Source: Candidatus Latescibacterota bacterium (GTDB lineage Bacteria; Latescibacterota; UBA2968; UBA8231). Taken from it: DNA of 16,120 nucleotides. Position numbers and translations under genes: made by a program. The notes below the pieces were generated by a model that was not told the DNA's origin, ran no database searches, and was given only the letters and a program-made list of their open reading frames with translations. This document shows positions 1-9,931 of this stretch, one piece after another. The stretch lies in contig CBDBIJ010000014.1 of the NCBI GenBank assembly GCA_965205655.1, positions 1-16,120 of the forward strand, read 5' to 3'. Within the stretch, counting starts at the first letter, position 1, and each line of letters starts with the position of its first letter.

Positions 1-421
1 CGGACAGGCAGATGAGACCCTCCGAGTGTTCCTCGAGCAGCTCGCGGTCGATGCGTGGGTTGTAGTAGTAGCCCTCGAGATAGCCTTTGGAGGTGAGCTT
101 GATGAGGTTCTGAAAACCAGCGCGATTTTTCGCCAGCAGAACGAGGTGATTCGAGGCGTGCGTCAGTCCTCTGGCAGGCTTGCGCAGGTGACGGCTGCCT
201 ATCGAGACGTAGACCTCGCAGCCAATAATCGGTTTTACGCCCGACTCCTTGCAGGCCCGGTAGTGGGCGATGGCGCCGAACAGGTTCCCGTGGTCGGTGA
301 GGGCGAGGGCAGGCATGCCGTATTCGCTGGCGAGGCCGGCCGTCGCCCCGATGTGGCAGGCGCCATCCAAGAGGCTGTACTCACTGTGTCCGTGGAGATG
401 GACGAATTCGGCTGAGGCCAT
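1..421 (-). CDS. dnaE: DNA polymerase III alpha subunit, N-terminal PHP domain (partial, runs off the left edge)
   Basis: Manual minus-strand translation from ATG 421: MASAEFVHLHGHSEYSLLDGAC...GMPALALTDHGNLFGA...GVKPIIGCEVYV...HLVLLAKNRAGFQNLIKLTSKGYLEGYYYNPRIDRELLEEHSEGLICLS. These are the classic DnaE PHP motifs. An in-frame GTG at 430 is an alternative start. Confidence 0.97.
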   Translation of the reverse strand, partial: MASAEFVHLHGHSEYSLLDGACHIGATAGLASEYGMPALALTDHGNLFGAIAHYRACKESGVKPIIGCEVYVSIGSRHLRKPARGLTHASNHLVLLAKNRAGFQNLIKLTSKGYLEGYYYNPRIDRELLEEHSEGLICLS

Positions 422-496
422 ATGGCTCACCACAATTGAGGAGGCGTGAGAGAAACGGGAAGGAGGAGACGCGCAGCGGAGAGACTATCGCGATGA

Positions 497-525
497 AACA
501 TAGACAGCCGAAAATGACGAGTCAA
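497..525 (-). promoter_or_regulatory. Putative sigma70 promoter for dnaE
   Basis: Minus strand TTGACT (525-520), 17-nt spacer, TATGTT (502-497). Confidence 0.55.
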
Positions 526-566
526 TCGACATGCCAGGTGCCGGTTCCGGTCGTCGAATTCGCAGT

Positions 567-595
567 TTGCCGCGCCTCGGCGGCTGCTCTATTTT
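567..595 (+). promoter_or_regulatory. Putative sigma70 promoter for the wecB operon
   Basis: TTGCCG (567-572), 17-nt spacer, TATTTT (590-595), about 35 nt before the GTG at 630. Confidence 0.45.
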
Positions 596-629
596 AGCCT
601 TTCTTACCTCTATACCCTCTCGACACCCA

Positions 630-1733
630 GTGAAAATCACCCTCGTCACGGGGGCGCGACCGAACTTCATGAAAATCGCGCCCATTGCAGCCGAGCTTCG
701 GCGCCATCCCGACCGCTATCGGCCCGTCGTCGTTCACACCGGACAGCATTACGACTACCAGATGTCCGATGTTTTCTTCGCCGAGCTCGAGCTCGATCCA
801 CCAGACCACTATTTGAACGCGAAGAGGGGCTCACCGGGCGAGCAGATCGCGGACATCATGGCGAAATTCGACCCGATTCTGCGCTCCGAGGCACCCGACC
901 TCGTTCTCGTTGTGGGAGACGCGTCATCCACGCTCGCCTGCGCTCTGACCGCTGCGGCGCGAGATCTTCCCGTGGCTCACGTGGAAGCCGGACTGCGCAG
1001 CGGCGACCGCCGCATGCCGGAGGAGGTCAATCGCGTCGCCACCGATGCCGTCGCCGATCTACTGTTCACCTACTCCGAGGACGCCGATGCAAATCTGCTG
1101 GCTGAGCGAGTACCGAAACGATGTATTCGGAGGGTCGGCAACGTCATGATCGACACGCTCATCCGCTTTCGCGAGAAGGCAGCAGCATCTTCCATCATCG
1201 AGAGCCTGGGCCTCGCATTCGGTCAGTACGCGTTGGTCACCCTTCACCGCCCGTCGAACGTGGACGACGTCGACCGGCTCGAGGGCATCCTCGGGGCGCT
1301 CGCGGCGATTCAGGAGAGGATTCCGATCGTATTCCCGGTGCATCCCCGGACTGGCAAGAAGCTCAACGAGTTTGGACTCGACCAGTGTCTCGGTGAGATG
1401 GATAACCTCACCCGGATCGATCCCCTCGGCTACGTCGACAGCATCAGGCTGCAAGAGGGAGCGAGAATGGCTCTCGTCGACTCGGGTGGCATTCAAGAAG
1501 AGACGACGGTTCTCGGGGTGCCGTGCTTGACGCTCAGAGAGAACACCGAACGACCTGTCACGGTAACTCAGGGTACGAACACGGTTGTTGGCTGCGACAA
1601 GGATGCGATTGTGAGAGAGGCGTTCAAGGTGATGGATGGGGAGGCCAAGAGCGGCGGCGTGCCCGATCTGTGGGACGGTCGCGCCGCCCAGCGGCTGGTA
1701 GAGGAACTAGACAGCGGAATTCAACGGCGATAG
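630..1733 (+). CDS. wecB: UDP-N-acetylglucosamine 2-epimerase (non-hydrolysing)
   Basis: GTG start giving [18 protein letters not shown]. Motifs [64 protein letters not shown] and WDGRAAQR. Confidence 0.95.
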   Translation: MKITLVTGARPNFMKIAPIAAELRRHPDRYRPVVVHTGQHYDYQMSDVFFAELELDPPDHYLNAKRGSPGEQIADIMAKFDPILRSEAPDLVLVVGDASSTLACALTAAARDLPVAHVEAGLRSGDRRMPEEVNRVATDAVADLLFTYSEDADANLLAERVPKRCIRRVGNVMIDTLIRFREKAAASSIIESLGLAFGQYALVTLHRPSNVDDVDRLEGILGALAAIQERIPIVFPVHPRTGKKLNEFGLDQCLGEMDNLTRIDPLGYVDSIRLQEGARMALVDSGGIQEETTVLGVPCLTLRENTERPVTVTQGTNTVVGCDKDAIVREAFKVMDGEAKSGGVPDLWDGRAAQRLVEELDSGIQRR

Positions 1734-1741
1734 GTCACCAC

Positions 1742-2665
1742 ATGCGCATACTCATCACCGGCGGTGCTGGATTCATCGGCTCTCATCTGTGCGATTACTT
1801 TCTGGCAGACGGGCACGACATCATCTGCATGGACAATCTGCTCACCGGTCGCACGGGCAATATCGAGCAGCACCTTGGCAGCAGCAGATTCAGCTTCGTC
1901 AAACACGATGTCACCGAGTACATCCACGTCGAGGGAGAGCTCGACTTCATCCTGCACTTCGCCAGTCCCGCGAGTCCGGCCGACTTCGAGCGGCTGGGGA
2001 TTCGGATTCTCAAGGTGGGGGCTCTGGGAACGCACAAGACGCTCGGACTGGCAGTGGCGAAGAAGGCGAAGTTCCTGCTGGCGTCCACGTCGGAGGTCTA
2101 CGGCGATCCAAAGGTTCATCCGCAGCACGAAGAGTACTGGGGCAACGTGAACCCCATCGGCATCAGAGGCGTGTACGACGAGGCCAAGCGCTTCGCCGAG
2201 TCGATGACGATGGCCTACCACCGGCTCCACGACGTCGACACGCGGATCGTACGCATCTTCAACACCTACGGCGAGCGCATGCGCAGGGACGACGGACGGT
2301 CGATTCCCAACTTCATCACTCAGGCGCTCTCCGGTGAGGACCTGACCGTGTACGGCGACGGACGCCAAACCCGCAGCGTTGGCCACGTCAGCGATCTCGT
2401 GCGCGGGATCTCAGGGCTGATGCAGTCCGACGTCACCACTCCCGTCAACCTGGGGAATCCAACCGAGCTGTCGATGAATGACCTGGCGCAGAAGATTATC
2501 CAGCTCGCCGGAAGCAAGAGCCAGATCGCCTACAAACCCCTCCCAGTCGACGATCCCAAAGTCCGCCTTCCCGACATCGCCAAGGCCCGCAAACTGCTGT
2601 CCTGGGAGCCCCTGGTGTCGCCCGACGAGGGCCTGCGTCAGACGATCGACTGGTTCAGAGCATGA
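1742..2665 (+). CDS. NAD-dependent SDR epimerase/dehydratase, UDP-glucuronic acid decarboxylase (UXS-like) family
   Basis: ATG 1742 gives [16 protein letters not shown] (Rossmann GxxGxxG). Also [27 protein letters not shown], the catalytic YDEAK (YxxxK), RIFNTYG and [10 protein letters not shown]. Confidence 0.9.
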   Translation: MRILITGGAGFIGSHLCDYFLADGHDIICMDNLLTGRTGNIEQHLGSSRFSFVKHDVTEYIHVEGELDFILHFASPASPADFERLGIRILKVGALGTHKTLGLAVAKKAKFLLASTSEVYGDPKVHPQHEEYWGNVNPIGIRGVYDEAKRFAESMTMAYHRLHDVDTRIVRIFNTYGERMRRDDGRSIPNFITQALSGEDLTVYGDGRQTRSVGHVSDLVRGISGLMQSDVTTPVNLGNPTELSMNDLAQKIIQLAGSKSQIAYKPLPVDDPKVRLPDIAKARKLLSWEPLVSPDEGLRQTIDWFRA

Positions 2666-4053
2666 GATTCGTCCTATGCGCCCCACTACTGGTCGCTTCG
2701 CTGATCGCCTGCGCCTCGGCACCTAGAAAGGAACAGGTGGGGCAGCTGCAGTCGCACCTGCCATCTTCATGGTCAGCGGAAGTCAGCGATGGCGACTCCC
2801 TGTGGTGGACGGGATTCGGCGATGAATCTCTGCCCGGGCTGGTGGTCGAGGCGCTGGATCACAACTACGATCTGCAAGCCGCCGGTGCCAGGCTTCACGC
2901 GGCCGCGGCGCAGGCCCGCCTCGCGGGGGCGCCGAAATGGCCGCAGGTGGAGGTTTCGGGCAGCGGCTCGCGCCGCCGTCAGAACTTTATCGGTTTTCCG
3001 ATTCCCGGTGGAGGTGACGTACTCGGCACCACCTCCACAAACTACGGGGTGTCGCTCAACGTCAGCTGGGAGGTGGACCTGTGGGGCCGACTGCGCGCCG
3101 GGGAGACGGCCGCCCTGGCGGACCTCGCGAGCGCCGAAGCGAGCTTCAGAGGCGCCCGACTGTCGCTGATTTCGCAGACTGCCCGCGCCTACTTCGCTGT
3201 CGTCGAGGCCTACCGGCAGGTCGAGCTGGCCCAGGCGAGCCGCGCGAATCAGAAGTTCGCCGCGGAGCAGATTCGAGTACGGTACGAGGCGGGTCTGCGC
3301 CCTTCGCTGGATCTGCGTCTGGGGCGCTCGAGCCTGGCAGCCACTGAAGCAACGCTCGAATTGAGGCGCCGACAGCTCGACCAGGTCACGCGCCAGTTGG
3401 AGACTCTGCTGGGAAGATACCCAGCCGCCGAGCTGGAGACAGCGGCGGAGCTGCCGTCGCCGGTGGGGCCCGTCCCCGCGGGTTTGCCGGCGGATTTACT
3501 AGCGCGCAGACCGGACTTGGTGGCTGCAGAGCGCCAGCTCGCGGCGGCCTCCGCCCGCGTCGACGAGGCCCGCCGTGCCCTCTACCCGCGCCTGAGCCTC
3601 ACAGGTTCGGGGGGCAGCGCTAGCGCCGATCTGGTCGATCTCCTCGACGGCGATTTCGCAGTCTGGAGCCTGGTCGCCAACCTCAGCCAACCCCTTCTCC
3701 AGGGCGGGAGATTGCGAGCTGGAGTGGAGCTGGCCGAGTCGAACAGGGACCGGGCGGTGGCAGCCTTCGCTTCGAGCGTGCTCAGCGCCCTTGCCGAGGT
3801 AGAGACTCGGCTGGCAGCTGATCTGTTTATCGCCGGTCAGGAACGGGCCCTGCGCACCGCCGCCGCCGAAGCCGCCGCGGCGCACGAGCTAGCGGAGCAA
3901 AGGTACGTCCAGGGTCTGTCTGACGTTCTGGCGCTGCTGGAGGCGCAGCGACGGGCCTACGACGCCGAGAGCCAGTTGCTGGCGGCGCGACGTCAGCGGC
4001 TCGACAATCGCATCGACCTCCACCTGGCCCTGGGTGGAGACTTCGGTCACTAA
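2662..4053 (+). CDS. RND efflux outer membrane factor lipoprotein (OprM/NodT family)
   Basis: Signal peptide with lipobox LIAC. Motifs [50 protein letters not shown] and the C-terminal [13 protein letters not shown] overlap with the SDR stop. Confidence 0.95.
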   Translation: MRFVLCAPLLVASLIACASAPRKEQVGQLQSHLPSSWSAEVSDGDSLWWTGFGDESLPGLVVEALDHNYDLQAAGARLHAAAAQARLAGAPKWPQVEVSGSGSRRRQNFIGFPIPGGGDVLGTTSTNYGVSLNVSWEVDLWGRLRAGETAALADLASAEASFRGARLSLISQTARAYFAVVEAYRQVELAQASRANQKFAAEQIRVRYEAGLRPSLDLRLGRSSLAATEATLELRRRQLDQVTRQLETLLGRYPAAELETAAELPSPVGPVPAGLPADLLARRPDLVAAERQLAAASARVDEARRALYPRLSLTGSGGSASADLVDLLDGDFAVWSLVANLSQPLLQGGRLRAGVELAESNRDRAVAAFASSVLSALAEVETRLAADLFIAGQERALRTAAAEAAAAHELAEQRYVQGLSDVLALLEAQRRAYDAESQLLAARRQRLDNRIDLHLALGGDFGH

Positions 4054-4069
4054 GACCGGCGAAACGCCT

Positions 4070-5418
4070 ATGTCAGAAAACGACGCAGGACTGAATCGGC
4101 CGCAGCGGAAGCTGAGGTTCGTTGCCCTCCCGCTTGTCATCCTCCTGATCGGCGCCGCCGCGTTCGCCGCTTTGAAGCTCACCCGAACGACACCCGACCG
4201 CGTCGACCGTCCATACCGGGGCCCGCTCGTGGAGGTAGTGAGCGCGCCTGCGGGCGTCGTTCAGATCTCGGTAGACGGTGAGGGAGCGGTCCGCCCGGCA
4301 GAGGAAATAGAGCTTGTGCCGCAGGTTTCCGGAGTCGTTGTATGGAAATCTGAGCAACTGGAATCGGGAGGCTACTTTCGCCGCGGCGACCTGCTCGCCC
4401 AAATCGATCGGCGAGACTATGAGCTCGCCGTCGAGGCGGTGCAGGCCGAGCTCGCCAGGAGCGAGTACAGTCTGGAAATCGCACGCGGTGAAGCGCGGGT
4501 GGCACGACAGGAGTGGAAGAGGTTGAGCGCGGACGTGGCGGAGCACAGCATAGCGGCAGAGGACGACGGCTCGAATCACGTCAATCCCCTCGTGCTCCAC
4601 ATTCCGCAGCTGAAGGCGGCAGAGGCGGCCATGCGCGCGGCCCGGGCGCGGCGCGATGAGGCCCAACTGAGGTTGGATCGCACCAACCTGGCAGCCCCCT
4701 TCGACGGGCGCGTGCGCAGGTCGGGTCTCGACAAGGGGCAGTATGTCGTCGCCGGACAGCCGGTGGCTCGTCTCTACAGCATCGAGCGCGCCGAGATTGT
4801 TGTCCCGGTATCCGAGTCAGAGCTCGCCTGGCTCCACCTGCCAGACCCAGCAGGCTCGCAGCTGCCGAGTCAGCAGCCCGACGGCTCTCCCTCCCACACT
4901 GTCACAACGCCGGGTGACCAGAGAGCGGGCCTCGACGACGAGGTTCGAAGCCGATCGACGGCGGAGGGAACCGGCCGATCGACACCCACTGGCCCAGAGG
5001 TGATCGTGTCGGGCTACTACGGCGGTCAGCTGCGCGAATGGGAGGGTCGTCTCGTCCGCGCAGAGGGTGAGTTCGACGAACGCAGCAGGATGGTGAATCT
5101 CGTCGTCGAAGTGGCCAGCCCCTACTCCTCCGGTTCGGCGCCGCTAACCGTCGGCATGTTCGTCGATGTCGCCATGAGGGCCCGCGAGTGAACGGGGTCA
5201 GATCGCTGCCACGCGGGGCGCTGCGCACCGGAGACAAGGTTTGGACGGTGGCAGCTGACGGGCTGCTGCGCGTCAGAAAGGCCCAGGTAGTACGCAAGCG
5301 CGGCGAGAGCATCGTCGTCAGACTCGACATGGCGCCGGACGAGAGGGTGGTCGTGTCTCAGCTTCAGGGAGTTAAGGACGGCATGAAAGTCCGGGTGGAA
5401 GAGCGGCGACTGAGATGA
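4070..5418 (+). pseudogene. RND efflux periplasmic adaptor (membrane fusion protein), frameshifted near 5178-5190
   Basis: 4070..5191 has an N-terminal TM helix, lipoyl half-motifs (LVPQVSGVV; LAAPFDGRV), a coiled hairpin and LTVGMFVDV. The missing membrane-proximal domain (LPRGALR.GDKVW...RVVVSQL...DGMKVR) continues in the -1 frame (5188..5418), and its stop overlaps the permease ATG. One base appears to be missing; this may be a sequencing error. Confidence 0.85.
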
Positions 5419-5630
5419 AGAAGCCGGTAGCATGGATGGCGCGCAACCACGTCGCCGCCAATCTCCTGATGGGCTTTCTCCTGTTGTCTGGCTTTCTGGG
5501 GATGATGGGCATGAGGAAGGAGACTTTTCCCGAGTTCTCAATGGACGCAGTCCAGATCCAGGTACCCTACCTCGGCGCCACACCCGCCGAGGTGGAGGAC
5601 GGTGTCTGCCGCCGCATCGAGGAGCGTCTA
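5415..5630 (+). pseudogene. RND permease (AcrB/AcrD/AcrF family), N-terminal fragment upstream of the IS
   Basis: MKKPVAWMARNHVAANLLM-TM1-RKETFPEF...VPYLGATPAEVEDGVCRRIEERL, cut at the CTA codon 5628-5630 by the IS. Confidence 0.93.
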
Positions 5631-5642
5631 GTGCTCTGTTAA
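5631..5642. repeat. IS630 terminal inverted repeat (IRR); contains the transposase TAA stop
   Basis: GTGCTCTGTTAA; the reverse complement of 6775-6786 is GTGCTCCGTTAA. Confidence 0.9.
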
Positions 5643-6699
5643 AGAGTCGGCATTGAGTTTTGGACTTTGGTCAGCTTGGAGTTGTCCGTGTTCTTGTTTC
5701 GCCATCTCAGGTACTCCTGGATGCGCTGGCCGACTTCTCGATGATCGTTGGGATCGCTGTTTTTGATGACGAAATAATGGGCTGCCGTGAGGTGACATTC
5801 GAGCCGATTCATCCATGACGCGTTGGTGGCGGTGAAGACCGGCGAGACCTGGTTTCGTCTGCACCACTGCAGGATCGGCGGTGTCTTGTGCGTCGACAGA
5901 TTGTCCATGACGACGTAGATCCGTTTCGCCTTGGGATAGCGCAGCCGAATGGCCTTGAGAAAATCGAGTACGACCGATGCGTGCTTCTTTGGTTTGTGAT
6001 GCATCCACAGGATGTCCTCATGGACGTTATAGGCTCCGAAGAAATAGCTGACGCCGCCGTGGCGGCTGTAGGTTGCCCGATGCCGGACCGGGCGCTTCTG
6101 CGGGGCCCAGGAAGCGCCGGCATGCGGCTTGATCTGGACCGGTCCCAGTTCGTCGAAGCAGACTACGACCGTGCCTTTCGGCGCCCGCTTGTAGAGTCGG
6201 TTGATGCGTTTTTTTTAGAGGCAAACTCCGGGTCCTTGGATTCCTTCCAGGTGCGCGTCCGTTGATAGGTCACCTTATGCTGATCCAGGATTTTCCCGAT
6301 GGTCACATGCGAGACCTCAGGAATCATCTGCCGTCCCACCAGGCAGTCGGTCAGCTTGCGCAACGACCACTGATTGAACGGCTGACCGAACGCACGGGGA
6401 GGCATCTTGGCGATTTCCACCACCACGGATTCGTCTTCCGGCGTCAACTTCGAAGGACGCCCCGGACGTGCCCGCGTGCGCAACGCCGTCAATCCCCCTT
6501 CGTTGTATTGGCGAATCAACTGGCGAACGTACTCCTCGTGCAGATGCAGCGTATCCGAAATCTCTTGGACCCGCATTCCCTGGACGCTGAACGAGATCAA
6601 CTGCCCACGGCGCATCTGCACGGCGCTGCGAGGCCGCTTCAGCCATCGCACCAGTTCCTTCGACTCCGCCACGTTCGGTGAACGAGCATGAAGACACAT
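5639..6699 (-). CDS. IS630-family transposase (OrfA HTH + OrfB DDE joined by a -1 frameshift at an A8 run)
   Basis: ATG 6699 preceded by AGGAGG. OrfA has HTH features (RPGRPSKLT, WSLRKL, YQRTRTWKESKDPEF). The -1 frame after the A8 run reads KRINRLY...VVVCFDELGP...IYVVMDNLSTH...ASWMNRLE, which supplies the D-D-E triad. Confidence 0.92.
6208..6216 (-). other. Programmed -1 frameshift (slippery) site A_AAA_AAC
   Basis: Minus strand TCT AAA AAA AAC in the OrfA frame. GGAG lies 9 nt upstream of the A run (6229-6226), and a GCC-GAAA-GGC hairpin lies downstream (6182-6173). Confidence 0.8.
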
Positions 6700-6735
6700 A
6701 GCTTGACCCTCCTGAAGAATTCGCCATATATCTCC

Positions 6736-6764
6736 ATGATACCACGACTTACGACAAAGTACAA
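6736..6764 (-). promoter_or_regulatory. Putative transposase promoter just inside IRL
   Basis: Minus strand TTGTAC, 17-nt spacer, TATCAT with an extended -10 TGn (TGG TATCAT). Confidence 0.6.
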
Positions 6765-6774
6765 GCTCCATTTC

Positions 6775-6786
6775 TTAACGGAGCAC
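6775..6786. repeat. IS630 terminal inverted repeat (IRL)
   Basis: TTAACGGAGCAC followed by the duplicated TA. Confidence 0.9.
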
Positions 6787-6788
6787 TA

Positions 6789-9700
6789 GAGAGGGGGGCT
6801 GGAGGGAGTGCGCCGCATCAACTCCACGGCCTCCGAAGGGATGGGCGTGGTCTCGGTCGAGATCGGACGGGGCGCCGTCATGAGCCGGATGCTCGACGAC
6901 ATCAAGGCCGAAATCGATCGCATCGAGACCTTCCCGGACGAGACGGAAAAACCGGTCATCAAAGAGGCATTGCGCCGAAATCAGGTGATCGATGTCGTCA
7001 TCTACGGCGACGTCGAGGAGAAGGTCCTCAAGGTGGTGGCCGAGCGCGTCCGGGAGGATTTGCGCACCGCTCCACTGATCTCCCAGGTCGAGCTATCGGG
7101 CGTGCGGACGGACGAAATCTCCATCGAAGTTTCCGAGCGCATGCTGAGGCGTCACGGATTGTCGCTGGCTCAGATCACCGACGCGGTCAGGAGCGCGAGC
7201 CTGGACCTGCCCGGTGGCAGCGTCAAGTCAGAGGACGGCGAGATCCTCGTGCGCACGAAGGGGCTCAGGTACGCGGGTCCGGAGTACGAGGAAATCGTCG
7301 TGCTCACGCGATCCGACGGAACGAGGCTGAGACTCGGTCAGATCGCCACTGTCGTGGACGGCTTCGAGGACAGTGACCTCATCTCACGGTTCAACGGACA
7401 GCCGGCAACTGTGGTCCAGGTGTATCGCACCGGCGATCAGAGCGCTCTGGAAATCTCCGACTACGTAAAGGGGTACATCGAGGAACACAGGGGAAGATTG
7501 CCCGCCGGGGTGATGATCGGTCATGCTCGCGACGATGCCGGGATCCTGCTGAGCCGTCTCGACCTGCTGCTGCGCAACGCCCGTCTCGGACTCGTGCTCG
7601 TGTTCATCTGTCTGAGCCTCTTCCTGGATCTGAGGCTGGCTTTCTGGGTGATGATGGGAATCCCCATCTCCCTGCTGGGAAGCTTCCTGCTGATCGAGCA
7701 GTTCGGGTCCTCGATCAACATGCTCTCCCTGTTCGCCTTCATCGTCGCCCTCGGCATCGTGGTGGACGACGCCATAGTCGTCGGCGAAAACGTCTACACT
7801 CACCGCGAGCGCGGCAAAGGATTCCTGGATGCTGCTGTGGACGGCACCCTCGAAGTGGGCAAACCGGTCGTGTTCTCCATCCTGACGAGCGTGACAGCAT
7901 TCATGCCCATCGCGTTCGTCGAAGGAATGATGGGGAAGTTCATGGCAGTGATCCCCATCATCGTCATCTCCATGCTCATCATCTCGCTGGTGGAAGCGCT
8001 CTTCATCCTGCCGGCTCACCTGTCGAGAGACGGAGGCGGCCCCATCGGTCGGGTGGTCGGGTTCGTGCTGCGCGTCCCAATCAGCTTGCACGAGCGCCTG
8101 CGACAACGGGTTGACCGATCGCTACGACACTTCATCGACACCCACTACCTGCGAACCTTGCGCCTCGCACTTGCCAATCCACTCGCCACGGCCGCTGTGG
8201 GACTCTCCCTGATGCTGGTGACGATAGGCTTGATCGCAGGTGGTCGCGTCAAGATAGCCTTCTGGCCGGAAATAGAATCGGACTGGCTGACTATTTCGCT
8301 GGCCATGCCAGAGGGTACGACAGCCGAACAGACGAAGGCGGTCGTGGAGCGGATCGAGAGGCCCGCACTGGCCGTTCGGGACGAGTACGACCAGGCAGTC
8401 GATCCAGACGGACCTTCCATCTACAAACACATGTTCACCGTCATCGGAGACCAGCCGATGGGGCGCAGGCACTCGGTGGCCCGCGGCGCCATAGCAGGCA
8501 GTCAGGGCCATCTGGCGGAGGTCGTCATCGAACTGCTCCCGTCCGAGGTGCGGGGCATCTCGAGCACTGAACTCGCGGGGATGATTCGGGAGCGGGTGGG
8601 AGAAATCCCCGGCGTGGAATCGCTGGCGTTTACTTCCGCAATTTTCTCTGCTGGCAACGCCATCGAGGTGCACCTGGCATCGGCGAACTTCGACCAGCTG
8701 CTGCAGGCGGTCGATCGGCTGAAATCGGAGATCGCCACCTACCCGGGCACCGGCAACATCGAAGACAGTTTCCGCGAGGGGAAAATCGAGATGAAGCTCG
8801 CTCTCAGGCCTGCTGCTCGCACGCTCGGGATCACCCTGGCGGATCTAGCGACGCAGGTGCGGCAGGGATTCTATGGCGATCAGGCGTTGCGGTTCCAGCG
8901 CGGCAGCGACGACGTGCGGGTGATGATCCGGTATCCGGAGGCCGAGAGGCGCAGCCTGGCCGATATCGAGAATATGCGCATCCGCACGGCCGATGGGGCG
9001 GAAGTGGCATTCTCGCACGTCGCGGAGGTGTCACTGGGTCGTGGCTATGCGGCCATCGAGCGCAGCGAGGGCCAGCGCATCGTCAAGGTGACGGCGGACG
9101 TGGATGAAATGATCGCCAACTCCGAGGAGATCAACCGGGATCTCGAGGCGCGCTTCCTGCCCGTACTGGTCCAGGACTATACCGGACTTCGCTACAGTTA
9201 CGAGGGGGAGCAGCGTGAGCGCCAGGATTCCTTTGCCAGTCTGGGGCGCGGGTTTATCGTCGCCATGTTCGGCATTTACGCTCTGCTGGCGATACCATTT
9301 CGCTCGTACACGCAACCATTCGTCATCATGGCCGCCATCCCTTTCGGCATGATCGGAGCCGTGTGGGGCCACGTGCTCATGGGCCTGGATCTGGGATTGC
9401 TGAGCATGTTCGGCATCGTCGCCCTTTCGGGGGTCGTGGTGAACGATTCCCTTATTCTGCTGAGTTTCTACAATCAGCGGCGCGACGAAGGTGTGGGAAG
9501 GGACGAGGCGCTGATGCAGGCGTGCCGCGACCGCTTCCGTCCTATTCTGCTCACCTCTCTGACCACCTTTTTCGCCCTGCTGCCGATGATTTTGGAGAAG
9601 AGCGTGCAGGCTCAGTTCCTCATTTCGATGGCGGTCAGTCTGGCGTTTGGCATCCTCTTTGCCACCGTCATCATCCTCATCGGGGTGCCGTCGACGATGA

Positions 9701-9795
9701 AGATGGTGGCCCAACTCGAAGCGTTTGCGCAGACGCAGATCTATGACGGCGGGACCTCGCGGATGCTCGGCGATACGGGAGAAACGCTCTCTTGA
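6789..9795 (+). pseudogene. RND permease (AcrB/AcrD/AcrF family), C-terminal remainder downstream of the IS
   Basis: Resumes at GLEGVRRINSTASEG. TM4 motif LGIVVDDAIVVGEN, GVVVNDSLIL and RFRPILLTSLTT. Continuous ORF 6808..9795 that lacks TM1. Confidence 0.93.
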
Positions 9796-9819
9796 CAGCC
9801 GGTGACCTCCGTCTATACT
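9792..9819 (+). promoter_or_regulatory. Near-consensus sigma70 promoter for the molybdenum hydroxylase operon
   Basis: TTGACA (9792-9797, overlapping the RND TGA stop), 16-nt spacer, TATACT (9814-9819). Confidence 0.7.
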
Positions 9820-9931
9820 TACCCGAGTTTCGACCGCAAACCGAATATATAGTGCCACGACAGGGCTGGCGGATACTTCTGATACCGGTGCCGCCGGCGG
9901 GCGAAATGAGCCTGGAAAGAGAGGTCATCTT

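Larger units (their letters stand above)
5631..6786 (-). mobile_element. IS630-family insertion sequence, 1156 bp
   Basis: Flanked by TA at 5629-5630 and 6787-6788. Terminal IRs GTGCTCTGTTAA and TTAACGGAGCAC match at 11/12. Encodes an HTH plus DDE transposase and interrupts the RND permease. Confidence 0.95.

Noticed and set aside
26..415. 129-aa plus-strand ORF
   Set aside because: Antisense shadow of dnaE, whose motifs are unambiguous on the minus strand.
531..629. N-terminal extension of wecB in the ORF track
   Set aside because: Family similarity begins at GTG 630 ([12 protein letters not shown]), and the extension overlaps the predicted promoter.
1523..1741. 73-aa N-terminal extension of the SDR ORF
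   Set aside because: It overlaps wecB; the Rossmann fold starts at ATG 1742.
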